A stretch of DNA of 64,000 nt from Trueperaceae bacterium. Its GTDB lineage: Bacteria > Deinococcota > Deinococci > Deinococcales > Trueperaceae. Where the stretch lies: positions 576,001 to 640,000 of the forward strand of contig CBDCDZ010000004.1 in assembly GCA_965215565.1 (NCBI GenBank), in the 5' to 3' direction. Of the stretch, positions 10,304-19,619 are shown piece by piece; within the stretch, counting starts at the first letter, position 1; every line of letters starts with the position of its first letter. Under the pieces are notes generated by a model that was not told the DNA's origin, did not search any database, and was given only the letters and a program-made list of their open reading frames with translations. A program made the translations under genes and the position numbers.

Positions 10304-12013
10304 TCACTTAGGCGCTGCTCTGCTTGTTTGGGTGTCAACGGCAGGAGGTATCACTCCAATATGCACTAAGGCGTCTTCGAGCTTCAAGTAGGTGACGCGC
10401 TCGCCGTAGCGCTCGAACCAGCCCGCTTTTTCAGCGAGGTCACGTACGGGCCCCTTCATCTCGGCGATGTGTACGGTGATGTTCTGCTCGGCGAGCGTCT
10501 CCATTTCGTTCTCTAGGGTCTCGAGCGCCACCGCGTCCATGTCGTTCACGGGCGAAAAGTCGAGGATAATGTGGTCTAAGCCGGGGCGATCCGCGACGGC
10601 GTCATTGATAAGGGTCTCAAAGTACGACATGTTGGCGAAGTAGAGCGAGGCGTCCATGCGCGCCATGAACACCTTTTCAAAGGTCTGCGCTTCGGGGTAG
10701 CGGTCGAGTTCTAGGTAGACCCCCTCCTTCTCCAAGCGCCCCAGCTCGGCGGTGTGCGGGTAGGCGCTGCGCCCCACGAAGACGAGCAGGCTAAAGCCCA
10801 CCCCAATGAGAAGCCCCGGCACGACGCCCAGCACGAGCGTCGCGGTAAAGGTAGTCACCAGCGTCCAGCCGTCTATAGGTTTGAGCTGAAAGAGGTGAAC
10901 CGGCTCCCCGATGTCGACCAGACCCAAGACCGCGACCATGACGATAGCCGCTAAAACCGCGTTGGGCAAGTAGTAAAAGAGCGGCGTTAAAAAGAGCAGC
11001 GTGATGATGATGAGCAGCGCCGTAATCACCGAGGCGAGTTGCGTCTTCGCACCTGCTTGGTGGTTGACCGCGGTCCTCGAGAACGCCCCTGCAACCGGAT
11101 AAGCGCGAAAAAATCCGCCGACGATGTTGGCAAGCCCCAACCCGATGAGTTCCCGGTTCGCGTCGATCTTGTACTTCTCTTTGCTGGCAATCGCTTTGGC
11201 GACGGCGATCGATTCCATAAAGTTCACGAACGAAACGGTCAGCGCAATCGGCACGAGCGCGCCGAGCGCTTGGGTACTAAACGCGGGCAGCGCGAAGCTC
11301 GGCAGACCACTCGGCACCTCCGCTACGATGTTCACGCCGTATGTGTCTAGCCGAAAGAGGTAGACCGCCAAGGTGCTTAAAACGACGACTAAAATCGCCG
11401 CTGGGAAGCGCTTAGCGAAGCGCCCGAGCAGATACAGGGTCGCGATGCTTACCCCGCCGATGGCCAAAGTCACCAGGTTTGTTTCGCCGAGGCGGTTCAG
11501 CGCTTCCCAAAGGGTCTGGAAGACGTTGCCCCCTGCCAGACCGATGCCGAGCAGGTGCTGAAGCTGACTCAGCGCGATGATAATCGCCGCCGCCGAGGTG
11601 AAGCCGCTAATGACCGCGTGCGAGATGAAGTTGGTCAAAAAGCCCGCCCGCACCACACCTAGCAAGAGTTGAATGCCTCCGACCATGAGCGCCAAGAGCG
11701 CCGCCAGTCCGATAAACTCCGCACTGCCTTGCTGCGCGAGCGCTGACACGCCTGAGAGCGTGATCAGCGACGAGATTGCCACAGGTCCGACCGCCAACTG
11801 CCTCGAGCTGCCAAAGAGCGCGTAGGCGAAAAGGGGAATCGTCGAGGCGTAAAGACCGACCACCGGCGGCAACCCAGCGAGCAGGGCGTACGCCATGCCC
11901 TGTGGCACCAGCATCACCGCGATGATGAGCCCTGCCATGAGGTCAGAGGTTAGATAGCGCGGCTTGTAAGAGCCTATCCACTCGAGCGCAGGAAGCCAAG
12001 TTTTTAAGCTCAT
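10304..12013 (-). CDS. SulP/SLC26 anion transporter with STAS domain
   Basis: PQGMAYA.LAGLPPVVGLY, GSSRQL.VGP, FSRTAVN, C-terminal STAS. Confidence 0.95.
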   Translation of the reverse strand: MSLKTWLPALEWIGSYKPRYLTSDLMAGLIIAVMLVPQGMAYALLAGLPPVVGLYASTIPLFAYALFGSSRQLAVGPVAISSLITLSGVSALAQQGSAEFIGLAALLALMVGGIQLLLGVVRAGFLTNFISHAVISGFTSAAAIIIALSQLQHLLGIGLAGGNVFQTLWEALNRLGETNLVTLAIGGVSIATLYLLGRFAKRFPAAILVVVLSTLAVYLFRLDTYGVNIVAEVPSGLPSFALPAFSTQALGALVPIALTVSFVNFMESIAVAKAIASKEKYKIDANRELIGLGLANIVGGFFRAYPVAGAFSRTAVNHQAGAKTQLASVITALLIIITLLFLTPLFYYLPNAVLAAIVMVAVLGLVDIGEPVHLFQLKPIDGWTLVTTFTATLVLGVVPGLLIGVGFSLLVFVGRSAYPHTAELGRLEKEGVYLELDRYPEAQTFEKVFMARMDASLYFANMSYFETLINDAVADRPGLDHIILDFSPVNDMDAVALETLENEMETLAEQNITVHIAEMKGPVRDLAEKAGWFERYGERVTYLKLEDALVHIGVIPPAVDTQTSRAAPK

Positions 12014-12360
12014 ATGGCGTTCGTCAGGTGAGCAAAAGCGTAAAGAAGGAACATCATGGGCTCGAGCCGCCCGGATATCTGTGAAGGCTTTGGGCGTCGC
12101 TCAGGGACAGTGTGAACTGTGGCATAGGTATGGTTATGACGTAGCAATGTGACGTTTGTCAATAGATAGCCGTACAAAAGCAAAGACTACGAAAGTAGTG
12201 CGCACGTTCAGGAGTCAAGTTTCATTAGCTCGCAACTTGAATCCACGCTGTTATTCACGAATTTAGCTTCCTAACGTTCTCGTGTGCAACGCTTTCTAAC
12301 TGAACATAAAGAGGTCTGAAATCGAATTTTTTAGGAAACTCGTACTTTTTTGTGTCCAGA

Positions 12361-12629
12361 CTAATGTTGTGAGCTTTTCGGTAAGGAGACTTGATATATG
12401 TACGTGAGCGCAAAGATACCTGCAACCACTAAAAAGGCGGTCTGATTCGGTCCGGTCATTAGCCAGAAAAGAAGCTCTTGACCAAACGCCTGCCCGTTGT
12501 CCGAGTTTGCAAACATCATAAAGCCCCAATCCTTGCCCGTATCAAGTGCGAGAAAAGCGTCAAAGCCGGTGTTATCGCCGCCGTGCATGTAAAGATTGCC
12601 GAAAGGGAAACCGATCGTTTGGAAACCTA
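12361..12629 (-). pseudogene. C-terminal fragment of a serine hydrolase (beta-lactamase family)
   Basis: LGF...YMHGGDNTGF...NSDNG motif; 5' side abuts a TIR element; no N-terminal half found. Confidence 0.55.
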
Positions 12630-12744
12630 GAGGGTGTTTGAGAAATCCCCCCACCTAAACACAGGTGGGGGGTGAATGGTACAGCAAAAGCAGTAAATGG
12701 CGGACTCAAAAGGGGAAGAGGTGAACCTGTTTCCCAATACCCTC
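12630..12744. mobile_element. MITE family E (115 bp)
   Basis: Imperfect TIR GAGGGTGTTTGAGAAA / TTTCCCAATACCCTC, flanked by TA on both sides. Confidence 0.6.
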
Positions 12745-12806
12745 TAAGTTTCACCGACCTGAGTGCTTAAGCCGCTATTCTGGTCTCAGGCGGTTTAGAG
12801 AAGTAA

Positions 12807-12906
12807 TATAAGGTTACACGGCTTAGCTTGCGAGCTAAGCCGTACCCATCTGTGATGATGAGCTCTAACCCTCTCAGTTGGGGTAAGCATGTCACGCAAT
12901 TCCGTA
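12807..12906 (+). mobile_element. MITE family C copy (degenerate)
   Basis: Aligns with 33917-34018: hairpin, CCCATCTGTGATG, GCTCTAAC, GCAATTCCGTA end. Confidence 0.7.
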
Positions 12907-12920
12907 CAGCGCGCATATAA

Positions 12921-13127
12921 TACTAAAGTGAAGTTTAGATGTCGTACTTTTGACATCTAAACCGCGCGGAAAAGAGCCTTTAGCTGGGCGTATTATGCCG
13001 TTATCGACGCGTGTTGATTCAAAGATGCAGTCGCGTGGTCCCGCTCCCGCTAGACCTCTGGCTAAGGGCTTCTCAGCGCGTACCCTCAGACGCTCTCAAT
13101 TTACGACATCCTTGAATCAGGTTAGTA
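12921..13127 (+). mobile_element. MITE family A copy (207 bp)
   Basis: TACTAA...TTAGTA ends; near-identical inverted copy at 17068-17274; internal hairpin GTTTAGATGTC/GACATCTAAAC. Confidence 0.8.
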
Positions 13128-13174
13128 TAGGAAGCGCTCGAGCCTCAACTCGAGCGCTTCCTCTTTCACAGTTT

Positions 13175-16165
13175 TTAGTTTGCTTGAGCTGTGCTCGCGC
13201 CGCCCGTAATCTGGTAAAGCGTGCCACTGAAGTCTGCGAGGTAGATATTGCCCGCCCCGTCCTCGCCAAATGCTACGATGTTACCGTCCGTCTCCAGGAG
13301 GATCTCGCTCGACCACGCGCCGTCTGCGCCCTGCACCGCGCCCCACACGTTTCCGCTCGCGAAGTCACCGTAGAAGTACACGCCTACAAGCCCCGGCAAC
13401 GCGCTTCCGTCGTAGCGGTAGCCGCCTGTGATTGAGCGGCCTACCCCCGAGGAGTGGCTATACTCCAAGATGGGCAGCGTGTAGCGACTTGTATCACAGC
13501 CCGAGAGGTAGCACTGCGTTCCCTCGGTCTGGTTCCAACCGTAGTTCTCGCCGCCCGCGCTACTTGCGGGTTGAAAGTTGATCTCCTCGAACGCGTTCTG
13601 CCCTACATCGCCAATGAAGAGGTTGCCCTCGCGGTCGAACGAGAAGCGCCAGGGGTTGCGCAGGCCGTAGACCCAGATTTCAGGCCGCACACCTGCTGTG
13701 TTCACAAAGGGGTTATCCGCCGGGACGCTGTAGGGAGCGCCGCTATTGATATCGATGCGCAAAATTGCGCCCAAGAGGTTGCTCAAATCCTGAGCGTTCT
13801 CCTCTGGGCCACCGTCACCTAGAGCGATATAGAGGTAGCCGTCCGGCCCAAAGGCCAGCTCGCCACCATTGTGATTCGAGTCAGGTTGAGAGGCGGTGAG
13901 GAGCACGCGCTCCGAGCCCGCATCTGCTGCATTTGGGTTGCCCGAGACGCTGTACTCGGCAACGACGGTATCGCCCTGAAGGTCCGAGTAGTGGACGAAT
14001 AGGCGGCCGTTCTCAGCGTAGTTCGGGTGGAAGGCAACATCCAGAAGCCCGCGCTCACTGTTCGTGGCTACTTGGTCGCTGAGGTCTAGAAAGGGCTCGC
14101 CTAACACCTGGCCGTTCTGGATGATGACCAACTCGCCGCCCTTCTGTGTCACGAAGAGCCGCCCGGAGCCGTCGCCTGCATGGGTGATGGAGGTTGGCTC
14201 AGCAAGGTTGGAGGTGAGGGATGTGAGACTGATTGCGCCCGGTCCCGGTTGGGTAGGCATTGGGTCTGGTTCGGGATTTGGGTCTGGTTCGGGGTCTGGA
14301 TCTGGATTTGGCTGGGTAGGCGCTGAGCTGCGAAGGTAGTTCTCGACGTCGCTCGGATCGCCGTTCTCGTCGCCCGTCAGTACGTAGTACATCATACCCG
14401 CGTCCGACACATCACCGCTGGTATCAACCTCGTCAATTCTTGTACCCACCCATTCAGTCGCCGGGTCGCCCGCAGTTTTCATCCAGGCCCACGCTTCTTC
14501 ACCAACTCGGGTGCCCAGGTTACTGTTCTGGTCTGAAATAGCCTGAAAGTTGAGTTCGGGAAAGTCGCGCTTGATATCGTCCAGGTTGTAGATGTTGTCG
14601 GCGGCGTCATGACTGTTGTTCCACTCAGAGTGCGAAATCATCGTGACGTAGGGAAGCTTGTCGCGCTGCGCCTTGGCGATGCCCCGGTAGGCCACACCGT
14701 GCGGCCCGGCGACGACGAAGCAGAGGCGGTCCTGAGCGCTCGAGGCGTTGATCGCTCTAGCGACGCTGTCAGTCGAGCCCTCCAAGTCGCGCTGGTCGTT
14801 GTAGATATTGGACATGTCGAAGCCGCCGATGACGCGGGCCGCCTCTTCGACCGACCAAATCATTTGCTCTTCCATTGCGGGATTGTTGTCACCCAGGTTC
14901 GAGCTGTGGTCGAAGTGCACGAGCCGCTGCTGCTGACCTCTCGCGGCGAGTAGCAGAAGAGCTAAAGGGGACGCGCTCAGGTCGTCGGGGTCGTACTGGT
15001 TACCGTCCGCGCTCCAAGCGAGGCGGCTACAGCCGTAGCTGAAGGCAGGACCGAGGTTGCCGCTGGGTGCGGGCTCTGGGTCGGGCGTAGGATCCGTGGG
15101 CTCTGGGTTGGTCGGCACGCTACCTTGGCAAGCGTCGCCCTGAATGGCCTCCTCCTGGCTTACGGAGTCGCGGTAGAGGACGACGCGGTCGATCTGATGG
15201 CCGTGCGAGCGACCTGCAAGTTGCATCGTGTAGGTACCTGGCGCGCTGAAGTCGATAGCGAGCTCGCTCTTCTGCTCGCCTTGGTCAGCAGTCGCGCCAT
15301 AGGCGAAGCTGCCCTTGCCGTTCCCGTAGACCTTGACGAAGCCGCCGTAGCTGTCGCCACCGGTGGAGCCGAAGCGCGCCGCGTCAGGGAAATTGAGCCA
15401 CGAGTCGTTCGCTTTATCGCCCGCCACGTCGTCTGGTTGACGCATCGCCCAGGTAAAGCGGTACGACCCGACCTCAGTAATCTCGAGAGGTACGGTGATA
15501 ACGTCGTCTGGTTCGTTGTTGTTCTGCTCAGGGCTCAAGCCTAGCCAAGTAATGTACGCGCCGCCACTCGCACCGGCGTCACTCTGCACTTGCCACGCAC
15601 CGGAGAGGGGTAGGTCTTCCGCTTCCAGGGCGATAACGGCGCACGCGTCGGGTGACGGCTGTGGGTCGGTTGGCTGCGGGTCGGGGGTAAAGTCATCGCC
15701 GGGCTGCGGATTAGGCTGAGGCGCATTCGCTGTCTCAACCACAGTGAAGTCAAGCGTGAGAGGTGATCGCGCCTCTCCCCCAGCGTCTGATGAACTATAG
15801 GGAATCGCTGTCAGCGTGTAAGCACCAGGTCCTGGTGTCCAAGCGAGATAGTCGCCGCTGTGGTCGCCTGCTAGGGCGTACGGCGTGAAGTTCTCGGTGC
15901 GGACGACCTTGCCGTTGAGCTTGAAGACTACGCTGCCTGCCGAAACATTGGCGACGATGTTGAGCTGCCGCGATGGGAGTTCTTCCAGCACGAGTTCCGC
16001 GCCGTGACGGATCGGGTCGTGGCCTTTAATGGGCTTGTTCGTCTCCGCGTCCACAAGTGTAAAACTCGAGGCGGTGCTCGGGTCGAGCGCTTCCGTTGGC
16101 GACTGCTGGCAGGCGGCCAAAACCAGTACGAGCAGAAGCCAGCAAAGAGACGAGAGCCTGCTCAT
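13175..16165 (-). CDS. Multidomain lipoprotein with C-terminal PQQ-dependent sugar dehydrogenase (GSDH) domain
   Basis: GGAGG RBS before ATG 16165; lipobox LAAC; Pro-rich linkers; ERGLL, NHNGG.L.FGPDGYLY, GLRNPWRFSFD. Confidence 0.85.
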   Translation of the reverse strand: MSRLSSLCWLLLVLVLAACQQSPTEALDPSTASSFTLVDAETNKPIKGHDPIRHGAELVLEELPSRQLNIVANVSAGSVVFKLNGKVVRTENFTPYALAGDHSGDYLAWTPGPGAYTLTAIPYSSSDAGGEARSPLTLDFTVVETANAPQPNPQPGDDFTPDPQPTDPQPSPDACAVIALEAEDLPLSGAWQVQSDAGASGGAYITWLGLSPEQNNNEPDDVITVPLEITEVGSYRFTWAMRQPDDVAGDKANDSWLNFPDAARFGSTGGDSYGGFVKVYGNGKGSFAYGATADQGEQKSELAIDFSAPGTYTMQLAGRSHGHQIDRVVLYRDSVSQEEAIQGDACQGSVPTNPEPTDPTPDPEPAPSGNLGPAFSYGCSRLAWSADGNQYDPDDLSASPLALLLLAARGQQQRLVHFDHSSNLGDNNPAMEEQMIWSVEEAARVIGGFDMSNIYNDQRDLEGSTDSVARAINASSAQDRLCFVVAGPHGVAYRGIAKAQRDKLPYVTMISHSEWNNSHDAADNIYNLDDIKRDFPELNFQAISDQNSNLGTRVGEEAWAWMKTAGDPATEWVGTRIDEVDTSGDVSDAGMMYYVLTGDENGDPSDVENYLRSSAPTQPNPDPDPEPDPNPEPDPMPTQPGPGAISLTSLTSNLAEPTSITHAGDGSGRLFVTQKGGELVIIQNGQVLGEPFLDLSDQVATNSERGLLDVAFHPNYAENGRLFVHYSDLQGDTVVAEYSVSGNPNAADAGSERVLLTASQPDSNHNGGELAFGPDGYLYIALGDGGPEENAQDLSNLLGAILRIDINSGAPYSVPADNPFVNTAGVRPEIWVYGLRNPWRFSFDREGNLFIGDVGQNAFEEINFQPASSAGGENYGWNQTEGTQCYLSGCDTSRYTLPILEYSHSSGVGRSITGGYRYDGSALPGLVGVYFYGDFASGNVWGAVQGADGAWSSEILLETDGNIVAFGEDGAGNIYLADFSGTLYQITGGASTAQAN

Positions 16166-16577
16166 GAGCACGCCTCCGCCGGGATGATGGGTCGAGTAAC
16201 GACGTAATGGATAGGTTTCATCATGAATTCCTCCGCGTGAATTTCTTGCCAAACTTTGCCAATGATGTGCTTGAGGACCTTGACTTGGAGCGAAACTGAG
16301 GTTCGGTTGTCGCGTTACCTCAGCGGTTTAGTTCACAGAGTCCCTCTTGTCAGCGTAGCAGCGCGTAGCCTTTTAGGGAGACGTTAAGGTGAGCTAGCTT
16401 CGCCGTATTGAAAGGCGAGATCGCACCTAACGAAGACCTTGCTCGTCTACATCTACCCTTCATTTGTCGCGGTTGGGAGCAGTATGGTCGTGCTCACGCG
16501 AATCCGTTAAGTACAAATCAGCCCATAGCGCGCGCGTTGACTTAAGAGAAAGCCGCACGTCTAAGGTTGAGCAAATA

Positions 16578-16688
16578 TAGCAGGTATCATCTGGTTTGAG
16601 CCAATCTCATATAATAGAACAACGACTAGCACGCACATTGTCGGATGATATCTGCGCTATTTCAGTCCAATACTTCTGATAACCGCTA
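16578..16688 (+). mobile_element. MITE family B short form (111 bp)
   Basis: TIR TAGCAGGTATCA / TGATAACCGCTA, TA duplication; near-identical to 42257-42367. Confidence 0.85.
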
Positions 16689-17067
16689 TACTGGCACCGC
16701 GCATTGACATCGCTCTGCAAAAAGAGGCTTGACCAACGCCTATGTTCGTGTACAACGTTAAACTATCCCAATTTAGGAAAGGGAGATTCAAAATTCAAAT
16801 ACCCCTGAATGGCTGAGCTGATAGGCAAGAAGAGTGATATGGATGTGAAGCAAATAACCAACAGTTGAACGATAGGGTCTCTCAGAAAGACCAAGGCTGT
16901 CGAGCGAAGAGAACACGGTTTCTACGGTGCGATGTCCTTATGTAGGGGTTTTATTCAAGCTTAGGTGGAGGCGATCGGTTGCTACGGCGCGGGGTAACTA
17001 AGGTCAACGGCTTGAGGTGCAACGTCAGCTTTGAAGTCTTAGCTAGCGTAGCCCTTATCGGCAGTAA

Positions 17068-17274
17068 CACTGAACTGAAAGAATGACGTCGTAAATTGAG
17101 AGCGTCTGAGGGTACGCGCTGAGAAGCCCTTAGCCAGAGGTCTAGCGGGAGCGGGACCACGCGACTGCATCTTTGAATCAACGCGCGTCGATAACGGCAT
17201 AATACGCCCAGCTAAAGGCTCTTTTCCGCGCGGTTTAGATGTCAAAAGTACGACATCTAAACTTCACTTTAGTA
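17068..17274 (-). mobile_element. MITE family A copy (207 bp)
   Basis: Reverse complement of 12921-13127; TAA duplication at 17065-67 and 17275-77. Confidence 0.82.
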
Positions 17275-17765
17275 TAACAATGCGGCAAGCAAACTTGTCT
17301 AACAGACGAGGGGCACCCTTGACCCCGTGTTCATTCGCGCCTCGCAGGAGTAGTCTACTCATCAGGTTGCCAACATCGTCTAAGCCGGCACGGAGCCGAA
17401 AGCCTTGAAACGTGCTGTTATGGCTGTGGTCATATTCATAACTGCCCGCAAGTTGGATCCTGTTCGGACGGGCAAAGCCCACCACTTCTACCTTCTTGGA
17501 GTCAAGGTGAGGTTAAAAAACTGAAGTTGTAGGCTGTGCTCATTCTTTGAATCGCCTGAGTACCCACTGCGCCAGAAATTCGAGCACCGTGTTGGCAAAA
17601 GCGTCCTCTCCCAACACGGTGAGCTTTGCTAAGTGAGTAAGTCCTGGATTGGCTGTGTCAAAAAAGCAAGTTTCAAAACGTTTACAATGACCACATTTGA
17701 TAGATCTTCTATAAGAAGACGAGTGTTGCTATGAACTATTCAAAAGAAGCTTTTCCCCTTCCTAG

Positions 17766-19412
17766 TTAGATCAGCACCGGCTCCTCATACACCCCGTACA
17801 CCTCCCGCAGCACGTCCATTTGCTCACCCAACGTGCAGTAAGTATGGGCGCACTTCATAAACGCGGGCATGGTGTTTTCGCCGTTTTTAGCGGCGTTTCG
17901 CAGAGCGTTCATCGCGTCTTCAGCCGCTTGCGGATCGCGCTCTCTGCGGATACGCGCCAAACTTTCCTGTTGCGCTCGCTCGACCTCTTCGTCGAAAGGC
18001 AGTAGCGGCGTTTCGGGGCTGTCGTTGACGAAAGCGTTCATGCCGACGACGAGCCGCTCTTTGCTGTCCATCTCGCGCTGCTGCTGATACGAGGCGTCGC
18101 CGATCTCTTTCGCGAAGAAGCCCGCGTCAATAGCGCCTTCGACGCCGCCCAGCGCGTCGATTTGGTCGAAGTAGGCTAAGCACTGCCGCTCCATCTCATC
18201 GGTCAAGGTTTCCAAATAGTACGAGCCCGCGAGCGGGTCTACCGTGTTCGTCACGCCCGTTTCATACGCGATAACCTGCTGCGTGCGCAGGGCGATTCGC
18301 GCCGCCTCTTCGGTGGGGAGCGCTAACGCTTCGTCGTAAGAATCGGTGTGGAGGCTGTTCGTGCCGCCTAAAACGCCTGCTAAAGCCTGAACCGCAACGC
18401 GGGCGATGTTCACTAGCGGTTGCTGCGCGGTCAATGATACGCCCGCCGTTTGCGCGTGCGTGCGGAGCATCCACGACTTGGGATTTTTTGCGCCGTAGAC
18501 CTCGCGCATCTGCTTCGCCCAGATGCGCCTCGCGGCGCGGAACTTGGCAATCTCTTCAAAGAAGTCGTTGTGAACGTTGAAGAAGAATGAGATGCGCGGG
18601 GCGAACTCGTCGATGTCTAAGCCGCGCTCCAGTGCCTTGCGAACGTAGTGAATCCCGTCTGCGAGCGTGAAGGCAAGCTCTTGCACGGAGGTCGAGCCCG
18701 CCTCGCGGATGTGGTAGCCCGAAACCGAGATGAAGTTCCATTTAGGCACGTTCTTAGGTCCCCACTCAAAGGTGTCGATAACGAGCTTCACCGAGGGTGC
18801 GGGGGGGAAGATGTACTCCTTTTGCGCGGTGAACTCTTTCAAGATGTCGTTCTGAATCGTGCCGCCTACCTTGGAGAGGTCTGCGCCCTTCTTCTGTGCC
18901 ATCGCCAAGTACATCGCCCAGATTGCGTTCGCGGGGCTGTTGATGGTCATCGAGGTGGTGATGGCTTCGGGGTCGATGCCCTCAAAGAGCGTTTCCATAT
19001 CCGCCAAAGATGACACCGCCACGCCCATCTTGCCGACTTCGCCCCGGCTGAAGGGGTGGTCGGCGTCGTAGCCCATCAGCGTCGGCAGGTCAAAGGCGGT
19101 GGAGAGCCCTGTTTGTCCTGCATCTAAGAGGTTCTTAAAGCGTTCGTTCGTCTGCTTAGCCGAGCCGAAGCCCGCGAACTGCCGCATGGTCCAGAGCTTG
19201 CCCCGGTACATGGAGGCTTGGACGCCCCGCGTATACGGGTATTCGCCGGGATAGCCGAGTTTCTCTTCCGGGTCAAAGTCCGCTAAATCATCATGTGTAT
19301 AGAGAGGTTCCGCTTCGATGTCCGAAAGGGTGCGGAAGGGGTACTTACGCTCAGGGAACTTGGAGGTTGCCTCCTTATAGTTCTCGCTGAGCCAGGCTTT
19401 TTTAGGTTTCAT
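17766..19412 (-). CDS. Methylmalonyl-CoA mutase family, large (substrate-binding) subunit
   Basis: PGEYPYTRG, WTMRQFAGFG, GTIQNDILKE, ISVSGYHIREAG, YDEAL. Confidence 0.95.
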   Translation of the reverse strand: MKPKKAWLSENYKEATSKFPERKYPFRTLSDIEAEPLYTHDDLADFDPEEKLGYPGEYPYTRGVQASMYRGKLWTMRQFAGFGSAKQTNERFKNLLDAGQTGLSTAFDLPTLMGYDADHPFSRGEVGKMGVAVSSLADMETLFEGIDPEAITTSMTINSPANAIWAMYLAMAQKKGADLSKVGGTIQNDILKEFTAQKEYIFPPAPSVKLVIDTFEWGPKNVPKWNFISVSGYHIREAGSTSVQELAFTLADGIHYVRKALERGLDIDEFAPRISFFFNVHNDFFEEIAKFRAARRIWAKQMREVYGAKNPKSWMLRTHAQTAGVSLTAQQPLVNIARVAVQALAGVLGGTNSLHTDSYDEALALPTEEAARIALRTQQVIAYETGVTNTVDPLAGSYYLETLTDEMERQCLAYFDQIDALGGVEGAIDAGFFAKEIGDASYQQQREMDSKERLVVGMNAFVNDSPETPLLPFDEEVERAQQESLARIRRERDPQAAEDAMNALRNAAKNGENTMPAFMKCAHTYCTLGEQMDVLREVYGVYEEPVLI

Positions 19413-19555
19413 GCTTTAATTATAGAGGTTTTGTGAGGACGAACACGGTAGACGGTCGTGTGTACCGCGCGTTTTGGTACCTCTGTCGATCAACACCCCT
19501 TAGTCTCTCCGCATTCGTTGCGCCTCGCTTGCCGGTTCTGTAACCCCGTCATATC

Positions 19556-19602
19556 AAAAAGCGCCGACGTTCATGTACGTATCCTTATGAACGTCGGCGC
19601 TT
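19556..19602 (-). terminator. Rho-independent terminator of glpFKD
   Basis: Stem AAGCGCCGACGTTCAT/ATGAACGTCGGCGCTT followed by a T-run on the minus strand. Confidence 0.7.
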
Positions 19603-19619
19603 CACCAAAACCATATTCG

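Noticed and set aside
12950..13435. Duplicated ORF MTSKPRGKEPL... (also 17039-17245; part at 34164)
   Set aside because: Artefact of translating MITE-A and the shared 25-nt module.
16166..16252. Longer start of the lipoprotein
   Set aside because: RBS and signal peptide fit ATG 16165.
12921..17274. Composite transposon
   Set aside because: No transposase inside; TAA-like flanks fit independent insertions equally well.
17280..17760. IS remnant or small gene
   Set aside because: Hairpin and short ORF present, but no recognisable motif or paired ends.
9475..19412. Split mutase subunits as novelty
   Set aside because: Two-gene methylmalonyl-CoA mutases are well known.
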